Shown here in pieces: positions 24,818-30,862 of a stretch of DNA of 30,862 nt. The position numbers and the translations under genes are program-made. The number at the start of each line of letters is the position of its first letter. Positions within the stretch are counted from its first letter, which is position 1. The DNA comes from an uncultured Verrucomicrobiota bacterium. Its GTDB lineage: Bacteria; Verrucomicrobiota; Verrucomicrobiia; Palsa-1439. The notes below the pieces were generated by a model that was not told the DNA's origin, ran no database searches, and saw nothing but the letters and a program-made list of their open reading frames with translations. The stretch covers positions 1 to 30,862 of the forward strand of contig CAZNOK010000037.1 of assembly GCA_964574605.1 (NCBI GenBank), in the 5' to 3' direction.

Positions 24818-27166
24818 TCACATGTGCTCTGTCCGGGCGATGATTTCTTCCTGCATGTCGGGCGTCAGGTTCACGAAGAACTCGCTGAAACCGGCGACGC
24901 GCACCACCAAGTCACGATATTGTTCGGGATTCTTCTGCGCGGCGCGCAACGTCGCGCTGTCCACGACGTTGATCTGCAATTCCTGCCCACCGTTCTGGAA
25001 ATAGACGTTCAACATCGCGCGCAGTTTCTCGCGCTGACCGGCGTCGGCGATCATGCCGGCGTGGAAACGGATGTTGACCTGATAGGCGCACTGCCAACTC
25101 TTCGCGGGGTTGAGCTTGCAGACGGAGTTCAACACCGCGGTCGGGCCGGTGCGCTCGCAACCGACCGAGGCCGCGACGGAACTCGCCAGCGGCGTGCCCG
25201 CGAGCCGTCCATCGGGTGTCGCCGACGTCACGCGGCCTTGTTTGACCGCGCCACTGCGGACGACGTGGCTGTTGCCGAACTTGCTTCCATCGCGCGGGTC
25301 GCGACAGATCGCCTTCACCGGCTCGTCGCGCAACTGCTCGACCAGCGTGATGATGTCATCCAATTGCGGATCGTCGTTGCCGTGCTTGCCCGCGGCGCGC
25401 AGCTTGGCGCGGAGACGCTCGTGTCCCTCGAAATTGACGGCGCAGGCTGTCGCCACTTCGTCGAGCGTGGCCAGTTTCTTTTGATAGACGATCTCGCGCA
25501 CCGCGGCGATGGAATCCACCGCGTTGGCGAACCCGATGCCGCCGCAGGAAAGGATGTTGTATTTCGTACCCTGCGCCATGTCGCGTCCGCGCTCGATGCA
25601 GCCGTGGAAGAAACACGAAGTCAACGGCGTCACGCCCCACTCCATCTGCGCCTTCAACACCTGCATCTCTCTGGCGTACGACTGTTCGATTTGACGCCAC
25701 ATGTAAGCGCCGATGGCGGAAGCAAAATGGTTGAACGTCTTCAACTCGTTCACCAGCGGCGCGACCTTGTTCCACTTCCATTGTTTCTTGTAGCCTTTGC
25801 CGTTGGTGAGCGTGGCCTCGATGGCGGCGAGGTAGGCGATGTTCGCGCCGGGGTTGTAATAGCACTGGCCGGGCACGGCGAGTTCGTTGCAACCGACGGG
25901 CACGTAGTTGAACGCGTCCTCGCGCGACACGCCGAGCGCCATCAACCCTTCCGGCACGACCTTGTCGTTCCACATCATCGGGAAACAAGTCGTCCGCGCC
26001 AGCCGCGTCAGGCAGAAATCGAAAAACTTCTGGTCAATCTTCGGATGCCAACGAATCCAGACCAACGGCTCCGGCAACGCCATGTTCGTCGCGCCTTCGA
26101 TCATCAACCAACTCAGCTTGTTCGTCAGGTCGCGGCCATCCGGCGTCGAGCCGCCCACGACGAAGCCCTGCGTCAAGTGATGCTCCGGTCCCCAGTATGT
26201 GTTGTCGAACATCTTCAACACGAAATTCTCGACAAGCCGCACGACCTCGGCGTCGTCGAGCTTGTCGGCCTTGTAGAACGGCAACAACAACTGATCGAGC
26301 CGGTCCGGCGTGCACGAGTAACCGTGCCCCTCGATGTGAATCGCTTGATGCGCGAGCCAGACCAGTTGCAACGCCTCGCGGAATGTTTCCGGCGGTTCCG
26401 ATGCGATCTTCGCGCAAATCCGCGCCATCTCGGGGTCCTTCACGAACTTGCTGTAACGTTTCGCCCACGCGGACAGCCCCGCGAGCGTGTGTTCCGCCGC
26501 CGTGAGGAACGCGAGCTTCTCGGCGTCGGTCTCGCCCTGGCGCCGCGCCGCCACTTTGCGCCGCAAGCCGCCAATGCCAACGCGCAGCAACTCGCTGTAG
26601 CTCGGACAGAGATGTCCTTGATTCGAGATGAACTTGTAGCCGGGGTTCTGCTTCAACTCATCGTGACTCTTGACCTGCTTTTGCCCGGCGATCTTTGTCC
26701 GGAACAAGCCCCACATGTTCCGGTTCGCCCAATACTCGCGGATGTCTTCCGGCACTTTGCCCTTGAGGTAATCAGCGCGGTCGGGGCGTTCGCCGGTGTA
26801 GATGTTGTTGTCCGCGATACCCAGCTCGACCAGCAACGGCATCGCGCCCGGCTTCTCGCTGATTGAACCGGCGATGCGGTCGTGCGGACGCAGGTAGAGC
26901 GGCACTGTCTCGAAGTATTCGCGCAATGCCATCGCCTTGCGGACAATCCACGGCTCGCTTTCGTGTTGCTGGAAAACTTTCGTGAAGACCCTCGCCCGGT
27001 GCAACGCCACGTCAACCGGCGAATCCATCATCGCCTTTCGCAATGCCGCCATGTCCGCATGAGGCGTCTGCATTGCCGCATCCGCCGAGCGGACCTTACC
27101 GAAAACAATCAGACCGCCAGCCGTCATCCCGGCGGCTGCCAGAAACTCACGCCGTGAAATGTTCAT
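24818..27166 (-). CDS. Glycyl radical enzyme of the 1,2-eliminase class (Cys-x-Glu active site) carrying an N-terminal twin-arginine (Tat) signal peptide.
   Basis: 782 aa. The C-terminal glycyl-radical motif is VRVAGFSEFFVNLTPDMQEEIIARTEH (compare PFL RVSGY...LT..QQ.VI.RT.H). The catalytic loop PVGCNELAVPG has a single Cys followed by Glu, which is eliminase type and not PFL type. The N-terminus MNISRREFLAAAGMTAGGLIVFGKVRSADA|AMQ has an SRREFL motif, an h-region and an AxA site. A standard GRE N-terminal domain begins at about residue 40. ATG at 27166. Confidence 0.88.
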   Translation of the reverse strand: MNISRREFLAAAGMTAGGLIVFGKVRSADAAMQTPHADMAALRKAMMDSPVDVALHRARVFTKVFQQHESEPWIVRKAMALREYFETVPLYLRPHDRIAGSISEKPGAMPLLVELGIADNNIYTGERPDRADYLKGKVPEDIREYWANRNMWGLFRTKIAGQKQVKSHDELKQNPGYKFISNQGHLCPSYSELLRVGIGGLRRKVAARRQGETDAEKLAFLTAAEHTLAGLSAWAKRYSKFVKDPEMARICAKIASEPPETFREALQLVWLAHQAIHIEGHGYSCTPDRLDQLLLPFYKADKLDDAEVVRLVENFVLKMFDNTYWGPEHHLTQGFVVGGSTPDGRDLTNKLSWLMIEGATNMALPEPLVWIRWHPKIDQKFFDFCLTRLARTTCFPMMWNDKVVPEGLMALGVSREDAFNYVPVGCNELAVPGQCYYNPGANIAYLAAIEATLTNGKGYKKQWKWNKVAPLVNELKTFNHFASAIGAYMWRQIEQSYAREMQVLKAQMEWGVTPLTSCFFHGCIERGRDMAQGTKYNILSCGGIGFANAVDSIAAVREIVYQKKLATLDEVATACAVNFEGHERLRAKLRAAGKHGNDDPQLDDIITLVEQLRDEPVKAICRDPRDGSKFGNSHVVRSGAVKQGRVTSATPDGRLAGTPLASSVAASVGCERTGPTAVLNSVCKLNPAKSWQCAYQVNIRFHAGMIADAGQREKLRAMLNVYFQNGGQELQINVVDSATLRAAQKNPEQYRDLVVRVAGFSEFFVNLTPDMQEEIIARTEHM

Positions 27167-27203
27167 GTCTATTCTTATAGCACAATTCCTTCTGCTAGAG
27201 TAG

Positions 27204-27224
27204 TCGTCTCGCTCTGCGAGACGA
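27204..27224. promoter_or_regulatory. Perfect 9-bp-stem hairpin TCGTCTCGCtctGCGAGACGA in the divergent intergenic region between the GRE and SPFH genes.
   Basis: Inverted repeat with a 3-nt loop, about 40 nt upstream of the GRE ATG (minus strand) and about 190 nt upstream of the SPFH ATG. Confidence 0.4.
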
Positions 27225-27416
27225 TGCTTGGCAAGCTCAGTTCCTGTAGCCGCACCCTATCCCGGTGCGCGGAAAACGCAGGCATGAAGCCCTGGTCGCC
27301 TACGACGCCGCCAAAGGCGGGTAAACCTGCGGCTACGAGCAGCGTCTTCACCAGCAATTCTGCGCTTGTCACGTCCATCCCGCCGGGCGTATTCTCCGCG
27401 CTGAAGGAGGCTAAGC

Positions 27417-28448
27417 ATGGCGATTATAGACCGCATCAAGTTCGACGCGCCCTCGGATGAATGGTTGGTGTGGAAATACCAAACCAATGAAGCAAACCGG
27501 GAAGAGGAAATTCGCATAGGCGCGCAACTCGTCGTGAATCAGACGCAAGAAGCACTGCTGGTCAAGGGCGGCCAAGCTCTTGATCTCTTTGGGCCGGGAA
27601 CTCACACTCTCGCCACCGGCAACATTCCGCTACTTCGGAAGCTCATCAATCTGCCATTCGGCGGGCAAACGCCTTTCACCGCCGAAGTTTGGTACATCAA
27701 CAAACACGCGAAGCGCAATCTACGCTGGGGCACAAGGACACCGATCCCCCTGATTGACCCGGTCTACAATTACCCGGTCAGCGTTCGCGCCTATGGGCAA
27801 TGGGGAATTCGCGTTGAAGATTCGCAACGGCTGATCACGCAACTTGTCGGCACGCTCCGCGAGCTTCGCAGCGATAAGATTAACGACTACTTCACTGGCG
27901 AGATTTTGCAGCGGTTGTCCGACGCGCTATCGAAGTACTTTGTCGAAAAAGGCGTATCCGTCTTTCAGGCCAACGCAAGACTGAACGAGTTTTCACAGTT
28001 CGCTGCGGATGCGATCCGCGCCGAGTTCAAACGGTTTGGCTTGGAGATCGTTAACTTCAACGTTGAGAGCATCAACATCCCAGACGAGGAAAAGAAGAAG
28101 TTCCAAGAAGTTCTCGGCAAGCGGATGGAGATCGAGCAGGTCAGCAAAGTGCAAGTCGGTCAGGCTTACACTACGGCGCGCACATTTGACGTGCTCGAAA
28201 AAGCTGCGAGCACGGAAGGTGGTGCCGCAGGAAATTTGTTGGCGGGCGGATTGGGATTGGGCATCGGCCTTGGCGCTGGCGTGCCGGTTGGCCAGCAGGT
28301 CGGGCAAGCCATGAACCCGCAACCAGCAAAATCCGACGGAGAAGACGCGATGACTAAACTGCAAAAGCTCAAACAAATGCTCGATGCCGGTCTGATTACA
28401 GAAGATGAGTTCAAGACTAAAAAGAAGCAAATCCTCGACGCCATGTAG
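27417..28448 (+). CDS. SPFH (band-7, COG4260/YdjI-like) domain protein with a Gly-rich linker and a C-terminal SHOCT domain.
   Basis: 343 aa. A strong Shine-Dalgarno site (AAGGAGG) lies 6 nt upstream. The N-terminus (W.W........LVVNQTQEALLVKGGQALDLFGPGTHTLATGNIPLL...AEVWYIN) fits the COG4260 SPFH family. The C-terminus MTKLQKLKQMLDAGLITEDEFKTKKKQIL is a SHOCT motif. GC content is lower than in the core. Confidence 0.8.
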   Translation: MAIIDRIKFDAPSDEWLVWKYQTNEANREEEIRIGAQLVVNQTQEALLVKGGQALDLFGPGTHTLATGNIPLLRKLINLPFGGQTPFTAEVWYINKHAKRNLRWGTRTPIPLIDPVYNYPVSVRAYGQWGIRVEDSQRLITQLVGTLRELRSDKINDYFTGEILQRLSDALSKYFVEKGVSVFQANARLNEFSQFAADAIRAEFKRFGLEIVNFNVESINIPDEEKKKFQEVLGKRMEIEQVSKVQVGQAYTTARTFDVLEKAASTEGGAAGNLLAGGLGLGIGLGAGVPVGQQVGQAMNPQPAKSDGEDAMTKLQKLKQMLDAGLITEDEFKTKKKQILDAM

Positions 28449-28484
28449 AAACTTGGAACCTAGATTAAGAGTCGAAGGAGAATT

Positions 28485-29348
28485 ATGCCCAAAGAGACGA
28501 TAAGTTGCCCCAATTGCGGGTCGCCAAAAGTTCAGGAGTTTAAGACGGACACATTCGTTTGCCAAAACTGCGATGGAACATTCAAATGGACTGACCCGAC
28601 CAAGCAAGTGGTCGAACACAAGGGGGAAGTGAGTCTCAAGTTGGAGTTACAGGATTGTGCTTTCTGCGCTGAGCAGGGAAGATTTCGACCAGCGACTCAA
28701 AAGTGTCCTGTCTGTGATCAAGCTTTTTGCTCGTCCCATAGAGCAAAGGAGCTATCCAAGGATTTGGTGGGAGATCATCTCAAGATTATGCGTGGCAGCC
28801 GGCTAGACGCACTCTTTGAACAAGTTGAAGATGACAGAGAGCTTCTGAGTATTCGTGGGCTAGAGGAAGAGGACTTTGACCAGTACATTGGGCCGATTTA
28901 TGAAGATGTTCAGAATAAACTCGGTGGTGCTGTCACTTGTGCACAATGTCTTGGCGAGGCCATTCGTCAATCAGCAGGTATGTATGGAAAGAAATGCCCG
29001 ATATGCGGTCACGGTTTCGATTACGAAGACGAAGCTAATTACGGAGACTCCAGCTTGCAGCGATGCACGGGTTGCCGAGCATGGCCGGTTCACAACGATT
29101 GTCTTGTTCCCGTCCATGATCTGAAAGGCAAAAACAAAGAATCTCACTCCCTTTGTCTGAAATGCCTTTCACCTGGAGAAGAAATTAAGACTTTGTTCGG
29201 TCGCAGTTACGATCCACCAAAATGGAAAACAGTGAACCGTACGTATGAGATAAGTGGGTCTGTGATAGGAACGGTGCGCATGTATTCCTACCTAGTAAGC
29301 CAAGGCCAGTCATCTCAGAGGTTCCAGATTCAACCAAAAGTATCGTGA
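28485..29348 (+). CDS. Protein with four zinc ribbons, no other recognisable domain, possibly YdjG-like.
   Basis: 287 aa. AAGGAG Shine-Dalgarno site 7 nt upstream. Four CxxC...CxxC pairs: CPNC/CQNC, CAFC/CPVC, CAQC/CPIC, and CTGC.../CLKC. The gene starts 36 nt after the SPFH gene, so it is probably co-transcribed. Confidence 0.75.
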   Translation: MPKETISCPNCGSPKVQEFKTDTFVCQNCDGTFKWTDPTKQVVEHKGEVSLKLELQDCAFCAEQGRFRPATQKCPVCDQAFCSSHRAKELSKDLVGDHLKIMRGSRLDALFEQVEDDRELLSIRGLEEEDFDQYIGPIYEDVQNKLGGAVTCAQCLGEAIRQSAGMYGKKCPICGHGFDYEDEANYGDSSLQRCTGCRAWPVHNDCLVPVHDLKGKNKESHSLCLKCLSPGEEIKTLFGRSYDPPKWKTVNRTYEISGSVIGTVRMYSYLVSQGQSSQRFQIQPKVS

Positions 29349-29378
29349 CCATTTCGCCTTGGAAAAATATTGCGTGGA

Positions 29379-30047
29379 ATGAACACTGAACTAATGTCGT
29401 TGTGCCGATCAGTCGCCTCCCGCCTCTGTCAACTGCCTTCTGAGAAGTTGTCGCCTTTTCCGGACGGCACAACGCTTTTGTTTCCTACACGCAGGACTTC
29501 CAAGAAAGCATCCGATTACCGGGCAAGCGAAGCCGAGGCCAGAATCCTCTTCTGCCTCGAACTTGCGAGCCGTGGCTTTCCTTTTGCCGTCGAAGTTCCT
29601 ACTCGTAAGACGTACAAGTTCAGAGGTGCGACGGAGATGAGTGCGCGAACGGATGTTGTTGTATTCTCTCGAAGTGGAGGCCGAGAATTAGCAGTTGAAT
29701 TCAAAGCTCGCCCTGCCGAGGACCGATCCATTACGAAAGACATTGAGAAGTTGGTCAGGGAGGGATACGACGGTCTCTGGTTTCATCTGTTACAGAATGT
29801 GAACTCTCGCACCTTGCGATCCTTGTTTTCCAAGTTCACCAGTGCATTCACCGAAACAAGCGAAAAACACCCCAGCCGTCGCCATAATCTCACGTTCGTA
29901 TTCGTTGTCAGGAAGAAGAGGTTCTGGCTTCGTAAGACGATTTCCCCGAACGATAATCCTTCTTTGGCGTTCGACTTCGAATACAAACTTCGCCCCGGCA
30001 AGATTGAGGTAACGAACGCTCATGGCTGGGAATACGAGCCTCTCTGA
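29379..30047 (+). CDS. Hypothetical protein with a PD-(D/E)xK nuclease-like core motif.
   Basis: ATG at 29379 (TTG at 29370 is also in frame). The segment EAEARILFCLELASRGFPFAVEVPTRK...ARTDVVVFSRSGGRELAVEFKA fits the restriction-endonuclease-like order of a helix Glu, then a beta-strand Asp (TDVVVF), then E-x-K (EFK). It starts 31 nt after the Zn-ribbon gene. Confidence 0.6.
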   Translation: MNTELMSLCRSVASRLCQLPSEKLSPFPDGTTLLFPTRRTSKKASDYRASEAEARILFCLELASRGFPFAVEVPTRKTYKFRGATEMSARTDVVVFSRSGGRELAVEFKARPAEDRSITKDIEKLVREGYDGLWFHLLQNVNSRTLRSLFSKFTSAFTETSEKHPSRRHNLTFVFVVRKKRFWLRKTISPNDNPSLAFDFEYKLRPGKIEVTNAHGWEYEPL

Positions 30048-30081
30048 AGTTGTCAACTCCTGACTCTGGACAAATCTCTCA

Positions 30082-30202
30082 GAGCGTGTTTGGAAACTCG
30101 CTGCTGGTGTAGCGGCGTTTGTGTCAAACGCCGAATTCCGTGGCCAATTAACAAATCGGCGCTTCGCAGAAGCGCCGCTACACCACTTTTCAAACACGCC
30201 TC
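30082..30202. repeat. Nested palindromic element. Outer imperfect inverted repeat is GCGTGTTTGGAAA...GGTGTAGCGGCG / CGCCGCTACACC...TTTTCAAACACGC. Two inner hairpins are CGGCGTTTGtgtCAAACGCCG and CGGCGCTTCgcaGAAGCGCCG.
   Basis: The structure can be seen directly in the sequence. The core between GGTGTAG and CTACACC is about 79 nt (tRNA-sized), but it does not fit tRNA anticodon or T-arm geometry. It lies between the island's third gene and the DUF2281-like gene. Confidence 0.5.
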
Positions 30203-30435
30203 GGTTAACCTTGCGGCGCGTTTTTGCTGATGCTAGCAGTGCTAGGCATCGGCGTTGTGTTTGCTGCCATTACCCCTCAGCGTCTCGTCGGACTCGGCTT
30301 CTCCTCCGCTAAAGCTACGGCGGACAAGTCCGGCTGGAAGACGTTGAGCCACTTGGCAGGATCGGCTGTGTCCGTATTTATGGTGGCATTCGGTCGGGCA
30401 AGGTGGTAATTTTCCACGAGAAAGGAGGAGAACAG

Positions 30436-30645
30436 ATGAGTGTCGCCGAGAAAATTGTCGAGCATGTGAAAGTGCTGCCGGAGTCGGTCCAGACGCAGGT
30501 GCTGGAGTTCGTCGAGTTTCTGGAGGCGAAGAACCTCAAGGACGATGCCGACTGGTCTCGCTCATCCCTCGACAGCGCGATGCGCGGTCTCGAAGGTGAA
30601 TCGTCGCCGTACTCCGAAGCCGACCTCAAGGAAGTATTCTCGTGA
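30436..30645 (+). CDS. DUF2281-like antitoxin.
   Basis: ATG at 30436 is preceded by AAAGGAGGAG. MSVAEKIVEHVKVLPESVQTQVLEFVEFLEAK matches the DUF2281 pattern (LP...Q.EVL.FVEFL). The stop overlaps the next ORF's GTG (GTGA). Confidence 0.65.
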   Translation: MSVAEKIVEHVKVLPESVQTQVLEFVEFLEAKNLKDDADWSRSSLDSAMRGLEGESSPYSEADLKEVFS

Positions 30646-30809
30646 TTCGGGCAGGACAGGTTGTCCTGTTCCGTTTTCCCCAAGCTGACCAAGCCGCTGG
30701 CAAACTGCGGCCAGCTCTCGTGCTGCGCCAAGCACCGGGCCGGCACAACGACTGGCTAGTCTGCATGATCTCGCTGCAACTCGACGCCGAAATCTTCGTC
30801 GGCGTATAA
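30642..30809 (+). pseudogene. MazF/PemK-like toxin N-terminal ORF. It is 55 aa and ends at TAA 30807, so it is probably truncated, although a short functional variant cannot be excluded this close to the window edge.
   Basis: VIRAGQVVLFRFPQADQAAGKLRPALVLRQAPGRHNDWLVCMISLQ resembles the MazF/PemK N-terminus (G.VV.V.FP......K.RPALVL......D.....ITS). Full-length family members are about 110 aa. The window ends 53 nt downstream, so a frameshifted continuation cannot be assessed. Confidence 0.35.
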
Positions 30810-30862
30810 GATGCTGGCGTGGGCGATAAGCACTTGGGCGAAGTCGGCGTAGATTTGCCACG

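Noticed and set aside
24818-27166. The GRE as pyruvate formate-lyase.
   Set aside because: PFL has adjacent Cys-Cys in the catalytic loop. This protein has a single Cys followed by Asn-Glu (GCNE), the pattern of the dehydratase/lyase GRE class.
30106-30184. Possible tRNA gene: a 7-bp acceptor-like stem GGTGTAG/CTACACC around an about 79-nt core.
   Set aside because: The D-arm can be drawn, but the anticodon arm lacks a 5-bp stem with a 7-nt loop. The putative T-arm is a 9-bp stem with a 3-nt loop and has no T-loop consensus. Overall length is also off. It is treated as a palindromic element.
30230-30409. Small ORF MLAVLGIGVVFAAITPQRLVGLGFSSAKATADKSGWKTLSHLAGSAVSVFMVAFGRARW as a small membrane protein.
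   Set aside because: It has no Shine-Dalgarno site, unlike the neighbouring island genes, and it sits in the leader of the DUF2281 gene. Its hydrophobic N-terminus is suggestive, but support is too weak to call a gene.

Overview
This window reads as a high-GC (about 62-65%) PVC-type genome (Verrucomicrobia, Planctomycetes or Kiritimatiellae); that is inference from GC content, sulfatase density and absent Shine-Dalgarno sites on core genes. Positions 2952-27166 are one long minus-strand gene array encoding secreted (Sec or Tat) enzymes for sulfated-glycan breakdown. The array holds three formylglycine-type sulfatases (two fused to C-terminal EF-hand pairs), a PIG-L/LmbE deacetylase, a Tat-exported GH-A-like hydrolase, a large alpha-toroid-like secreted protein, a GHL10 hydrolase, an NHL-repeat propeller protein, a DUF1593-like protein, an esterase, and two Gfo/Idh/MocA oxidoreductases (one Tat). 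At least six gene junctions use 4-bp ATGA start/stop overlaps. The most unusual feature is an eliminase-class glycyl radical enzyme (GRE) with a textbook twin-arginine signal peptide at the head of the array, with its activase (no signal peptide) about 7 kb downstream in the same array. Two lower-GC islands (about 50%) carry strong-SD genes. The first, at 10100-12320, holds a RelE/ParE toxin with a TIGR02574-like antitoxin, a small ORF, and a T5orf172/GIY-YIG fusion protein. The second, at 27417-30047, holds an SPFH-SHOCT protein, a protein with four zinc ribbons, and a PD-(D/E)xK-like protein. The second island is followed by a nested palindromic element and a DUF2281-like antitoxin with a short MazF-like ORF that may be a fragment. 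A REP-like family of paired GC-rich hairpins bounded by GTAGGG/CCCTAC occurs at 3-4 intergenic sites; one copy is in-frame with the extended 5' end of a sulfatase. No rRNA, tRNA or CRISPR was found. Most of the long + strand ORFs in the track are antisense to the minus-strand genes and were rejected.
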